Counted from the stretch's first letter, positions 38,319 through 47,913 are shown. The stretch is DNA of 64,000 nucleotides from an uncultured Actinomycetota bacterium (GCA_963700375.1 CAVOXF010000007.1:1010-65009), one strand, 5' to 3'. Notes: generated by a model from the sequence alone, not told the origin. Translations and numbers: made by a program.

Positions 38319-39344
38319 TCAGTCGACCGAGTGGTTGCGCCGAAACGCGACGAGCTCCGCGACGATCGAAACCGCGATCTCCTCCGGAGTGAGCGCCCCA
38401 ATTCCGAGTCCGACCGGACCGTGCAGACGTTCTGCCTGTTCCTCGCTCATCCCGGCCTGCACAAGGCGATTCTTGCGGGCGGCGTGGTTTCGTCGGCTCC
38501 CGAGAACTCCGATGTAACACGTGCCCGCCTCGGCGAGGAGCGGGAGCAGGACGTCTTCGACCTCCTCGTTGTGTGCGAGACAGACGGCGTAGGTGCGGTC
38601 ATCCGGCGCGACGAGCGGCACGATGTCGGCCGGCCAGCCGACGAGCACGTCCACGGCGTCGGGATACTGGTCGGATTCGGCGAGGCCGGGCCGGTGGTCG
38701 GCAACGATGACCCGAAAGCCGATGGCGCTTGCGGCGGAGCAAAGCGCCTGAGCGGTGTGGCCCGCCCCGTAGATGAGCAGCCTCGGCGGCGAGAGCACGG
38801 GTTCGAGGTACACCCGGGATGCTCCGATGTCGACGGCGCGGGCCTTCTCCCCAGCAATCGTGGCTTCGATGTCCGCTGCCAGTTCATCCGTCAGCGCGGC
38901 CGGGATGGTGCCGGAGATGAGCCCCTTCCCCCGGTCGAAGAGCGCATGGGAGCCCTCGCCCGGTCCGGCAATCACCGTGGCCATCACACCGGTGAAGTCT
39001 GCGCCCGGCACGCCGCCCACCTCGTTGGGCACGCCGGTCCATGGCTCGATGAACACCTCCAAGACCCCGCCGCACGTGAGGCCCAGGCCAAACGCATCCT
39101 CGTCGCTCAGGCCGTACGACACGAGGCGAGGGGTGCCGGTTTCGAGGACGGCCTCAGCGTGGGCGGCGACATCGGCCTCGACACAGCCGAAGCTCACCGA
39201 ACCCGAGGTGCTGCCATCGGACGAGACGAGCAGTCGAGCCTCTGAGCGCCGTGGCACGGACCCGTCCACGCTCACGAGCGTGGCGGCGGCCACGGTCCGA
39301 CCATGTGTCCCCAACCGCCGCGCTTCGTCCAGTGCATGCCTCAT
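38319..39344 (-). CDS. xdhC: XdhC/CoxI family molybdoenzyme accessory protein
   Basis: GSVSFGCVE, GLTCGG, YGAGH, YIGVLGS, PVGLGIGALTPEEIAVSI. Confidence 0.9.
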   Translation of the reverse strand: MRHALDEARRLGTHGRTVAAATLVSVDGSVPRRSEARLLVSSDGSTSGSVSFGCVEADVAAHAEAVLETGTPRLVSYGLSDEDAFGLGLTCGGVLEVFIEPWTGVPNEVGGVPGADFTGVMATVIAGPGEGSHALFDRGKGLISGTIPAALTDELAADIEATIAGEKARAVDIGASRVYLEPVLSPPRLLIYGAGHTAQALCSAASAIGFRVIVADHRPGLAESDQYPDAVDVLVGWPADIVPLVAPDDRTYAVCLAHNEEVEDVLLPLLAEAGTCYIGVLGSRRNHAARKNRLVQAGMSEEQAERLHGPVGLGIGALTPEEIAVSIVAELVAFRRNHSVD

Positions 39345-39499
39345 TGCAGATGATCCTACGTCGCCACGGTCGGGTTGGCTGCAACCGGAACGAGCCGCGA
39401 GATCGCGTGAGCGCATGGCGCACAACGAACAGCGCCCGGGATTGCCGTTGGTAGCATCGCGGGACGCAGCAACAGAGCGGACTCGGGAAGGACGCTTCC

Positions 39500-40609
39500 A
39501 TGACACAGGTGTTCCGGTACGGGCTGTACGGAGTGGGACGCATCGGCCGGGTACACGGACAGATCGTCAAGGAGCAGGGTCACACCATCGTCGCGGTCGG
39601 GGACGAGGTCCTCGCTGCGGCCCTCGATGCGGCCCGGGTTCTCGACGAGCCGACGATTCCGACGTTCACCGATCCTCGCGAGATGATCGCGCGGGTGGAA
39701 CTCGATGCGGTCATCATCTCGTCGCACACGAAGGATCATGCACGCGATGCCGGACCCTTCGTCGATGCGGGAATCCCCGTCTACCTGGAGAAGCCGCTCA
39801 CTGCCGAACTGCCCGAGGCCTTCGACTTCGTCGAGGCGGTGGGAACGGACCGGACCCTCATCCAGATCGGGCTGCAACGGCGATTCGACGAGGCGCTCCT
39901 CCACGCAAAGCAGTTGCTGGACGAGGGATTGATCGGCCCGGTCAGGGAGATCCGCTCGATACTCCGCGATCAGTTCCCTCCCCCTCCGACGTACACGAGC
40001 CGCGGGCTCATCATCGACATGGGGATCCACGTTGCTGATGAGGCGCTCTGGCTTCTCGGGGAGTACCCGAGTGAGATCTGGGCTCGGATGTTCGATGCCA
40101 AGCACTACGACAGCCCTGTCGACGAGGGAGGCAATACCGCGTTCGTCGGGTTCACGACGCCGTCCGGCACCATCGGGCGCCTCGACCTGAGCCGAACCCA
40201 CGCCTCCGGCTACAACAACGAGACGTACATCATCGGCACCGAGGGCACCATCCACGTTGGCCGTTTCGCCGGCTATCCGGGTCCGATCCCTGTCGAGCTG
40301 TGGACGGCCGCCGGCGAACTCCACCCCGATTCGAAGACGTTCCACATGACATACCTCGAAGGCGACTATGCGGAGTTCCAGCCCCGCTTCCACACGGCGT
40401 ACCAGCGGGCCCATCAGGGATTCCGAGAGGCGGTCGAGACGCACCAACCGTTCCGAGTCACCCAGAACGACGTCCTGAATGCGCAAGTGTTGGTCGAGGC
40501 AGCGCACCGCTCCGCCCTCGACGAAGGCCGATCCTGCCGCTTCGCCCATTCGGACAACGTCGAAGAGTTCCGCCGACTGTCGGTGGAGAACGGTCTGCTC
40601 GCCCGGTAG
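39500..40609 (+). CDS. Gfo/Idh/MocA family oxidoreductase
   Basis: GVGRIG, EKP, QRRFD, DMGIH. Confidence 0.92.
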   Translation: MTQVFRYGLYGVGRIGRVHGQIVKEQGHTIVAVGDEVLAAALDAARVLDEPTIPTFTDPREMIARVELDAVIISSHTKDHARDAGPFVDAGIPVYLEKPLTAELPEAFDFVEAVGTDRTLIQIGLQRRFDEALLHAKQLLDEGLIGPVREIRSILRDQFPPPPTYTSRGLIIDMGIHVADEALWLLGEYPSEIWARMFDAKHYDSPVDEGGNTAFVGFTTPSGTIGRLDLSRTHASGYNNETYIIGTEGTIHVGRFAGYPGPIPVELWTAAGELHPDSKTFHMTYLEGDYAEFQPRFHTAYQRAHQGFREAVETHQPFRVTQNDVLNAQVLVEAAHRSALDEGRSCRFAHSDNVEEFRRLSVENGLLAR

Positions 40610-40610
40610 C

Positions 40611-40642
40611 CGGTTGGTGTGCCGCGCGCGGCACACCAACCG
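40611..40642. terminator. Perfect 32-bp palindrome between convergent genes
   Basis: CGGTTGGTGTGCCGCGCGCGGCACACCAACCG. Confidence 0.7.
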
Positions 40643-40921
40643 ACACACCGGGAAGAACGCCCCGAGGCAGAAGGAACAACCCCACACGGCACGACGTCGA
40701 GACCGAACAGGGCTCGACGGAAGTACGCGTCACCGTTCGTGGGCCCGGCAGGACTCGAACCTTCAACGACCGCCGAAACCGCAGCCGGACCACACCAACC
40801 GACACACCGGGAAGAACGCCCCGAGGCAGAAGAAGCAACCCCACACGGCACGACGTCGAGACCGAACAGGGCTCGACGGAAGTACGCGTCACCGTTCGTG
40901 GGCCCGGCAGGACTCGAACCT
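40632..40921. repeat. Two near-identical 131-bp direct repeats containing the tRNA 3' end
   Basis: Copies at 40632-40762 and 40791-40921 differ only in GGAAC/GAAGC; 28-bp spacer. Confidence 0.92.
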
Positions 40922-40972
40922 GCGGCCAAGCGATTATGAGTCGCCTGCTCTAACCAACTGAGCTACGGGCCC
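40899..40972 (-). tRNA. tRNA-Ile2(CAT), lysidine type
   Basis: GGGCCCGTAGCTCAGTTGGTTAGAGCAGGCGACTCATAATCGCTTGG.. resembles ileX-type rather than Met tRNAs; the isotype is inferred. Confidence 0.9.
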
Positions 40973-41075
40973 TCACGCTCCCGACGGACGCGAGCGTAGC
41001 GAACCGGTCGCGGCAGGCGACCCTCTCGGCGTATCCGGTCGGGTATGGTCGGGGTGTTTGCGAGAAGGGAGCTTC

Positions 41076-41759
41076 ATGAAGATCGATATCGACTACCGAC
41101 CGGCGTTCGCCACCGCCAAAGTGACCCTCGACCCCGGAGAGGACATCGTCGTCGAGGCCGGCGCGATGGTCGCCATGTCCTCGGATCTCGAACTCCAGAC
41201 GAAGGCGCGCGGCGGCCTCCTGAAGTCACTCACCAGGGCGACGCTCGGTGGGGAGAGCTTCTTCCTCAATACGTTCTCCGCCCCGGCATCCGGTGGAACG
41301 ATCTACGTGGCTCCGGCGCTCCCCGGTGACATGAAGGTCCTCGAGCTGACCGGCGAGTCGCTCATGGTGCAGAGTGGGAGCTACATAGCGTCGACGCCGT
41401 CTCTGAATGTCGACACGAAATGGAGCGGCGCCAAGACGTTCTTCGCGAGCGAAGGCCTGGTCATGCTGAAGGTCCACGGGACCGGAACGCTCATCGTTTC
41501 CTCGTACGGCGCCATTGAAGAGATCGCCCTCGGTCCGGGAGAGCGCTTCACCTTCGATACGGGTCACCTCGTGACATTCACCGAAGGCATGGAGTTCAAG
41601 GTCCGCAAGGTCGCTGGTTGGAAGAGCACGATCTTCGGGGGCGAGGGCCTCGTGGTCGATCTCACCGGCCCCGGCAAAGCGACCCTGCAGACCCGCAGCG
41701 AAGATGCTCTGCTGAGTTGGCTGATACCTCACTTGCCATCCAAGAACGCCAGCAACTAG
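41076..41759 (+). CDS. TIGR00266/AIM24 family protein
   Basis: EAGAMVAMS, GGESFFLN, LPGD, DTGHLV, GEGLV..GPG...QTR. Confidence 0.9.
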   Translation: MKIDIDYRPAFATAKVTLDPGEDIVVEAGAMVAMSSDLELQTKARGGLLKSLTRATLGGESFFLNTFSAPASGGTIYVAPALPGDMKVLELTGESLMVQSGSYIASTPSLNVDTKWSGAKTFFASEGLVMLKVHGTGTLIVSSYGAIEEIALGPGERFTFDTGHLVTFTEGMEFKVRKVAGWKSTIFGGEGLVVDLTGPGKATLQTRSEDALLSWLIPHLPSKNASN

Positions 41760-41932
41760 TGGTCTGTCGCTGAGGTGGTGTCTGGGTATTCCCGAGGCAT
41801 CGGCGTCATCCGGCACGGACGCACAACGCAGGCGCAGTCGGGACTGCGTCGATGGCCGGGCAGACACGGCAGGAATCTCTGCGACGGACCACGAGCACCG
41901 GACGGCCGGGTCGAGACCGGGGATTCACCTCA

Positions 41933-42661
41933 TCAAGTGAGGCGCCGGTACCAGTAGCGATGCGAGACCTCGTACCCCAGCGATCGGTACAGGGAGATCG
42001 CCCGGTCATCGTCCTCGAGCACCTGGAGGAAGGCGGTCGATGCACCCGTGCTTGCGCCGAACCGGTGCAGTGCAGCCATCATCCTGGTGGCGTGACCCTG
42101 CCTTCGATAGGCTGGATCGACGACCACCTCGAATACACCGAGATAGTCGCCCACCGCCACCCCGAGACCCGCGCCGACCGATGAACCCGCCGCGACCGGA
42201 CTGACGAACGCTGCAGGACCCGGAACCCTGGCAATCGTGGCGAGCCAGGGACCGATCAGCGATGCCTCGATGCCGAGGGCGTCGATCTCTGCCGAGATCC
42301 AGTCGTCCGTCGCGACGGGCGACTCCGCGACATCGCGAACTGCCTGCCCAGCCTCGATGGAACGGCGCATGACGAGCGTCGATGCTTCGATCGAGAGGCC
42401 GCGGTCGGCGAGAACGTCGTCGATGTCGGGATCACAGAGGGGATTGATCCGGAACAGCGTCGGGAGCGCACGCACGCGATACCACTCGGTCACATCGGCG
42501 ATACGCCGCTCGAGATCGCCGGGCAACGGACCGGCCGGCACCGCAGAGTTCCTGCGCCGGGAAAAGCCGTCTCCGGCGAAGAGCGTCCACGCACCCCGCG
42601 TTGTCGACTCCGTCGCGGGCCATGCGACCGCCGCCGCTGCTTCGATAGCCGCGACCGTCAT
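41933..42661 (-). CDS. GNAT acetyltransferase
   Basis: VDPAYRRQGHA, LQV..D..AISLYRSLGY, RRRNS N-domain. Confidence 0.9.
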   Translation of the reverse strand: MTVAAIEAAAAVAWPATESTTRGAWTLFAGDGFSRRRNSAVPAGPLPGDLERRIADVTEWYRVRALPTLFRINPLCDPDIDDVLADRGLSIEASTLVMRRSIEAGQAVRDVAESPVATDDWISAEIDALGIEASLIGPWLATIARVPGPAAFVSPVAAGSSVGAGLGVAVGDYLGVFEVVVDPAYRRQGHATRMMAALHRFGASTGASTAFLQVLEDDDRAISLYRSLGYEVSHRYWYRRLT

Positions 42662-43071
42662 GATTCGAAGAGATAGGGGCGGAGACGCTCGACCATCGGT
42701 TCAGGGAATCGGATAGGCCGCCCCTCGAGGTTGGTGACGGCAGCGCCGAGTTCCTGTTCGACGATCATCTCGCCGTCGCGAATCAGTCGCTGGCGCCACC
42801 GTGACGTGACGCGCTTGAACTCCAGCACCTCGGTCTCGACGACGAGGTCATCGTTCCCCCCGGCCGAACGGAGGAAGCGTGTCGCAATATCGGTGACGAC
42901 GATCATCACGCCGTCGTCCATCATCCCCTGGAGCGTCAATCCGGCCTCGCGCAGCAGTTCGATGCGGGCCGCCTCGAAGTACTGGATGTAGACGGCATGG
43001 TTGACATGGCGGTACGGGTCGAGTTCGTAGAAGCGGACGCGGATCGGGAATCGGTGTTTCACGGCCACCAA
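42658..43071 (-). CDS. Acyl-CoA thioesterase (YbgC/4HBT-like)
   Basis: VRFYELDPYRHVNHAVY..YFEAAR. Confidence 0.9.
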   Translation of the reverse strand: MVAVKHRFPIRVRFYELDPYRHVNHAVYIQYFEAARIELLREAGLTLQGMMDDGVMIVVTDIATRFLRSAGGNDDLVVETEVLEFKRVTSRWRQRLIRDGEMIVEQELGAAVTNLEGRPIRFPEPMVERLRPYLFES

Positions 43072-43130
43072 GGTACCGGATCAGACCAGCGGTGCGGGAA
43101 TCACGGGCCTGCGGTGCGCGATGTCCGGTT

Positions 43131-43586
43131 CTACGCGAAGTCGGCCTGGCGCCACGCTTCGTAGACGACAATCGCCGCGGCGTTCGCGAGATTGAGCGAT
43201 CGACCTCCCTGGGCGATCGGAATGCGCAGCCGATCCTCGACGCCAGGGTGTTCGAGCGCTTCGGCCGGCAACCCGCCCGATTCGCTGCCGAACATCAGTG
43301 CGTCTCCGTGTGCGTATGCCACGTCCGTGTAGAGGCGTTCTGCATGCTGGGTGAACGCGAAGGTGCGGGTTGGACTGACGGTTTCGAGGAACGATTCGAG
43401 ATCGCCGTGGATAGCGACGTCGGCGTACTCGCGGTAGTCAAGACCGGCCCTGCGAAGCCGCGCATCGTCCAGATCGAAACCCAGCGGGCGGATCAGGTGG
43501 AGCCGGTTGCCGGTGTTCACACACAGGCGCATGAGGTTGCCGGTGTTGGGAGGTATCTCCGGCTGGTGCAGGACAACGTGGAACAT
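43131..43586 (-). CDS. trmL: tRNA (cytidine(34)-2'-O)-methyltransferase
   Basis: PEIPPNTGN, LRRAGLDY, FGSESGGLP, RSLNLAN. Confidence 0.95.
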   Translation of the reverse strand: MFHVVLHQPEIPPNTGNLMRLCVNTGNRLHLIRPLGFDLDDARLRRAGLDYREYADVAIHGDLESFLETVSPTRTFAFTQHAERLYTDVAYAHGDALMFGSESGGLPAEALEHPGVEDRLRIPIAQGGRSLNLANAAAIVVYEAWRQADFA

Positions 43587-43618
43587 GTGGGTGGTCCGAG
43601 GTCGGTTCGACCTCTCTC

Positions 43619-44227
43619 CTACTTCCCCTTCGATTCTCCGCGGACGGCCTTCTCCAGGAGCAGCATGAACGACAGGGCAGGGTCTTTCGACTGGATGGCC
43701 TGTGCGGCCGCCCAGTTCTGGCTGATTCTTCGATACATGAACCCCACCAGATCACCGTGGAGCCGCCACCGGTATGTGACGTCTCGTTGGGTTGGCGGAC
43801 GGGCGCCGAACGCCACGAGTCGAACGCGCGGACCATCCGGATGATCGGCCTCCCCATCCTCGAGCAGGTCGGCGATCACGCGTGACACACGGTCCTCGCC
43901 AATTGCACCGAAACGGTTGAGTGCAGCGCCCAGCACCCTCGGGTCGCGCGCCGATGCGTTCAAGTCGGCGCGACCTTCCTTGACCTCTCCGATGATGAGG
44001 TCGATACGCTCGAGGTCGACATCGAGATCAGGATCGACGCCGACGATCGTGTCACCGACTTCACCGCCGCCTCGTCCGGCTCCGGGAAATCGGACGGCGA
44101 GCACGTCAACGTCGGTGACGGTTCGGTACTCACCGTCCTCCATGAGTTCGAGAACCGGGTACTCCGTGACGGTGAAGTACCCGTTCATGTACAGGTAGCT
44201 CTGGACGAGCGCGACGGCCGTGTCCAT
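43619..44227 (-). CDS. Hypothetical protein with a PD-(D/E)XK-like motif
   Basis: LVQSYL..NGY, TDVDVLAVR, IIGEVKEG. Confidence 0.75.
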   Translation of the reverse strand: MDTAVALVQSYLYMNGYFTVTEYPVLELMEDGEYRTVTDVDVLAVRFPGAGRGGGEVGDTIVGVDPDLDVDLERIDLIIGEVKEGRADLNASARDPRVLGAALNRFGAIGEDRVSRVIADLLEDGEADHPDGPRVRLVAFGARPPTQRDVTYRWRLHGDLVGFMYRRISQNWAAAQAIQSKDPALSFMLLLEKAVRGESKGK

Positions 44228-44257
44228 CAGACGCCAGCCGATCGATCGGTCACAGGG

Positions 44258-44539
44258 CTAGACAGCGGCGTACCGCTCCCGACGGCCGTACTCGCTCGCT
44301 CCGTAGCTGGAGATGTCGAGGCACACACCAAGGGCGACGATGATGAAATCGAAGCCCGTGACTCCACCCGGCGCAACGGCGACCCAGGACATGGTGGTCC
44401 ACGGTGCGAAGAGGAACCCGAAGAACGGCCAGAAGAAGCTCGAGAACGCCGCTTCCCATCGGGTCGGCTGCATCAGCCACCAGGCCAGGATCGCGGCACG
44501 CGGGCCAAGGGTCATCAATACGGCGAAAAAGCAGCACAT
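44258..44539 (-). CDS. Small membrane protein
   Basis: MCCFFAVLMTLGPR..GFLFAPWTT.., with a GAGGGG SD. Confidence 0.75.
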   Translation of the reverse strand: MCCFFAVLMTLGPRAAILAWWLMQPTRWEAAFSSFFWPFFGFLFAPWTTMSWVAVAPGGVTGFDFIIVALGVCLDISSYGASEYGRRERYAAV

Positions 44540-44632
44540 GCGGAACCCCTCTCGGATCGTTGAAACGACTCTAGCGGGACGAGCGAAGCGCATCCAGATA
44601 GGCTGCCGCCGAACGCACAGGGAGGCCGCCGG

Positions 44633-45769
44633 GTGGAGTTCAAAGAAGAGCACGTCGCCTTCCGCAGGGTCATGCGGGATTTCGCAGACGCCGAGATCGC
44701 CCCCCACGCCCGCGAGTGGGATCGCTCCCGCTCGTTCCCGCTCGAGGCCGTCGCCAAGATGGGCGACCTGGGCCTGTTCGGACTGCCGTTCCCAGAGCAG
44801 TACGGAGGCGCCGCTTCCGACTTCACAACGTTGTGTATCGCGATCGAGGAGCTCGGTCGCGTCGATCAATCCATCGCGATCACGCTCGAGGCGGCAGTCG
44901 GCCTGGGCATCAATCCGATTGCGGAATTCGGCACGGCCTCGCAACGTGATCGGTGGCTGCCGGACCTCATCGCAGGTCGTACCCTCGCGGCGTTCGGCCT
45001 CACGGAAGCCGGCGGAGGCTCTGACGCGGGCGCTACCCGGACCCGGGCCGACCTGGTCGACGGGGAATGGGTGATCAACGGTTCGAAGGCGTTCATCACC
45101 AACTCGGGGACCGCCATCACCTCGCTCGTGACGATCACGGCGAGGACCGGCCACGACGAGGTCTCGGCGATCATCGTCCCGGCCGGTACGCCCGGATTCG
45201 GTGTCGAACCGGCATACGAGAAGATGGGATGGCACGCCTCCGACACGCACGGACTCCACTTCGCGGACTGCCGCGTTCCCGCCGACCATCTTCTCGGAGT
45301 ACGCGGTGCCGGTTTCGGCCAGTTCCTCTCCACCCTCGACGACGGCAGAATCGCGATTGCGGCGCTCTCCGTCGGGGTTCTCGAGGCCTGTCTCGAGGAG
45401 ACCGTGGCATACGCCGGGAATCGGACGTCGTTCGGAAAGCCGATCGGTGCGTATCAGGCGATCGCGTTCAGCATCGCAGACATCGAGGTCATGACCGAGG
45501 CAGCACGCCTCCTCACCTACAAGGCGGCATGGCTCAAGGACACAGGACAGCCCTACAAACACGCCGCTGCCAGGGCGAAGCTGTATGCCACCGAGTCCGC
45601 CGTCACGGCCACCCGCATCGCCACACAAGTCTTCGGCGGAGCAGGCTTCCTCGACGACACCCTCGTTGCCCGGCACTACCGCGACGCCAAGGTCCTCGAG
45701 ATCGGCGAAGGCACCAGCGAGATGCAGCGTCTGATCATCGCCCGCGGGCTTGGGCTGCCGGTGGAATGA
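44633..45769 (+). CDS. Acyl-CoA dehydrogenase
   Basis: FGLTEAGGGSDA, NGSKAFIT, KMG, GRI, IGEGTSEMQR. Confidence 0.95.
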   Translation: MEFKEEHVAFRRVMRDFADAEIAPHAREWDRSRSFPLEAVAKMGDLGLFGLPFPEQYGGAASDFTTLCIAIEELGRVDQSIAITLEAAVGLGINPIAEFGTASQRDRWLPDLIAGRTLAAFGLTEAGGGSDAGATRTRADLVDGEWVINGSKAFITNSGTAITSLVTITARTGHDEVSAIIVPAGTPGFGVEPAYEKMGWHASDTHGLHFADCRVPADHLLGVRGAGFGQFLSTLDDGRIAIAALSVGVLEACLEETVAYAGNRTSFGKPIGAYQAIAFSIADIEVMTEAARLLTYKAAWLKDTGQPYKHAAARAKLYATESAVTATRIATQVFGGAGFLDDTLVARHYRDAKVLEIGEGTSEMQRLIIARGLGLPVE

Positions 45770-45929
45770 GCGGCGAGTTTCGGACTGCAAGCCCCGAGCA
45801 AGGCGCCGGACCTGATCGTCTTCGTTCAGACTCCCAAAGCCGCCCGCCCCCGGCGTCCGAGCGATCGCCCGGACGCGCCTGCTCCACTGCGTGGGAGAGG
45901 CGGAGACCCGTACCTGGTAGCTTCCTGCC

Positions 45930-46745
45930 ATGCCGACCGGGCTCTACATCCGCGACGGGGATCGCTTCCGTCCTACCGGATTGACGCGGAGCCTGTGGTC
46001 GAGTGATGTGCAACACGGCGGTCCACCGGTCGGGTTGCTGGCCCAGGCGGTCGAGCAGGAGCCGAGCGCCGTTCCGATGCAGGTCGTGCGCCTGACCGTG
46101 GACCTCTTTCGCGGAATCCCCGTCGACCAGCCGCTGCTGGTTGAGACGAGGGTGGTCCGTGACGGGCGTCGAATCCAGGTAGTCGAGGCCACGCTCGCCA
46201 CGGCCGGACAGCAGTTGGCACGGGCTTCCGGGCTCAAGATCCGCACGACCGACGTAGCGTTTCCCGCCACGATCGACCCCTGGGTCCCGCCGCCAGGGCC
46301 CGACGAGGCCGACCCGATCTCCTGGGGGCGTTTCGGTTTCATCCGAACCGACGAACAGCGTTTCCACAGCCATGCGATCGAGGTCCTGACCGTCGACGAT
46401 TCGTTCTTTACTCTCGGTGAGGGCCTTTCCTGGGTTCGCCTGGTGGTGCCGGTCGTCGAGAACGAACCGACCACGCCGTTGGTGCAGACGGCGACCCTGT
46501 CGGATGTCGGAAACGGCAACTCGATGGCCCTCGACGGCCGAGACTGGCTGTTCGTCAACCCGGATGTGAGCCTGACGGTCCATCGCCTCCCGGTGGGCCC
46601 GTGGCTCGGGATGCGATCGCTCGCCCGTCAGCATGGATCCGGCATCGGATCCTCCGACTCGGAGTTGTTCGATGTCCTGGGGCCGGTCGGTAGGGTCGTT
46701 CAGTCCCAGATCCTCGAGCCGAGAACCGCCTCCCGAACGACGTAG
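45930..46745 (+). CDS. Thioesterase family protein (double hot-dog)
   Basis: QHGGPP, LSDVGNG, FVNPDVS...HRLP. Confidence 0.88.
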   Translation: MPTGLYIRDGDRFRPTGLTRSLWSSDVQHGGPPVGLLAQAVEQEPSAVPMQVVRLTVDLFRGIPVDQPLLVETRVVRDGRRIQVVEATLATAGQQLARASGLKIRTTDVAFPATIDPWVPPPGPDEADPISWGRFGFIRTDEQRFHSHAIEVLTVDDSFFTLGEGLSWVRLVVPVVENEPTTPLVQTATLSDVGNGNSMALDGRDWLFVNPDVSLTVHRLPVGPWLGMRSLARQHGSGIGSSDSELFDVLGPVGRVVQSQILEPRTASRTT

Positions 46746-47755
46746 CGGGCGAAGACCTCGGGGTCGGGTTCGAATCCAATCCCCGGCAGGTCGGAGAGAT
46801 CGACGCATCCGCGGGTTCCCTCGGATCCGTCACGCTCGACCGCCCCGTCGAGGTACCACGAAGGAGCCGCGACATCCGAATACACGGCGGCCGGCAGCGT
46901 CGCAATGGCCAGCGTATGGGCTCTCCCGATGGCCGTCTCGACAAGGCCGGACGCCTTGATCCGGAGGCCTGCGGCGAGGGCAATATCGTGAATCGCCCGG
47001 GCGGCGGTCAGGCCGAGGCGCGACGGCTTGACGACCAAGATGTCGGCCGCACCGGCTTCGACCGCCTTGATGGCCATCGACGTCGAGTCGATCGGTTCAT
47101 CGACGGCTACCGAAGCCACCATCTCCTCCCGCAGTCGGGCATGGGAGGCGAGGTCGCCCGACGCGAACGGCTGCTCGATGTAGGCGACGCCGTACCCGTC
47201 GAGTTCGAGGAGAGATCTGCGATCCTCCCAGCGGTACGACCCGTTGGCATCCACACCAACCGGCAGTTGTGGCAGTGCGGCCCGAAGCGCAGCCACCCTT
47301 GACACGTCGTCACGCGGCCGAATCTTGAGCTTCACGGCTGCGGCGCCGGTCTCCTCGACCCGTCGAACCGGATCCTCGTCCAGTCCGACGGCGATCGACG
47401 TTGCGATCGAACGGTGTGATCCTCCGAGGCTCTGCCACAGTGGCGTGCCGTCTCGCCGAGCCATCAGATCGCCCATTGCCTCGTCAATGGCCGCAGCAGC
47501 CGAAGGGGCGAGCACGCTCCCACGCTCGAGCGACGCCCAGGCGTCGTCCACGGTGTCCGGTGTGATCCCGGGGTACGGCGCCGCCTCCCCCCACCCGGCG
47601 ACCATCCCGTCGGTGACCGAAACGATGACAACTCGTCGTTCAGCGACGGTGCCGGTGGCGTTCGAGAACGGTGCCCGCAGCGGAATCGCAAGCTCCCACA
47701 TCCGGCCGTTGATGACCGGGCTGCCGGTCGCCGGATCTTCCGCCACCGGATTCAT
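46700..47755 (-). CDS. Enolase-superfamily enzyme (o-succinylbenzoate synthase / N-acylamino acid racemase-like)
   Basis: GWGE, KLKI, VDAN, YIEQP, DE, VKP. Confidence 0.85.
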   Translation of the reverse strand: MNPVAEDPATGSPVINGRMWELAIPLRAPFSNATGTVAERRVVIVSVTDGMVAGWGEAAPYPGITPDTVDDAWASLERGSVLAPSAAAAIDEAMGDLMARRDGTPLWQSLGGSHRSIATSIAVGLDEDPVRRVEETGAAAVKLKIRPRDDVSRVAALRAALPQLPVGVDANGSYRWEDRRSLLELDGYGVAYIEQPFASGDLASHARLREEMVASVAVDEPIDSTSMAIKAVEAGAADILVVKPSRLGLTAARAIHDIALAAGLRIKASGLVETAIGRAHTLAIATLPAAVYSDVAAPSWYLDGAVERDGSEGTRGCVDLSDLPGIGFEPDPEVFARYVVREAVLGSRIWD

Positions 47756-47913
47756 GGCGACGTCACATCTTCGATGCGAAGGCCGGCCGGTAGCCCGAGC
47801 CGGTGTTCGGCGAGCAGTTCGGGGTCGCCCAGAACCTCCCGGGTCGACCCATCGGCGACGATCCCTGCGGCGGCGCTCACGCCGGGGCCGATTACACCAT
47901 CGGGTATGTGCAT
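47752..47913 (-). pseudogene. 53-aa CbiM N-terminus :: CbiO C-terminus chimera (deletion scar)
   Basis: MHIPDGVIGPGVSAAAG-IVADGSTREVLGDPELLAEHRLGLPAGLRIEDVTSP*; SD AGGAGG; ATGA overlap with the next gene. Confidence 0.7.

Noticed and set aside
40632-40921. Repeat-spacer-repeat as a CRISPR array
   Set aside because: Repeats are 131 bp, contain a tRNA end, number only two, and no cas genes are present.
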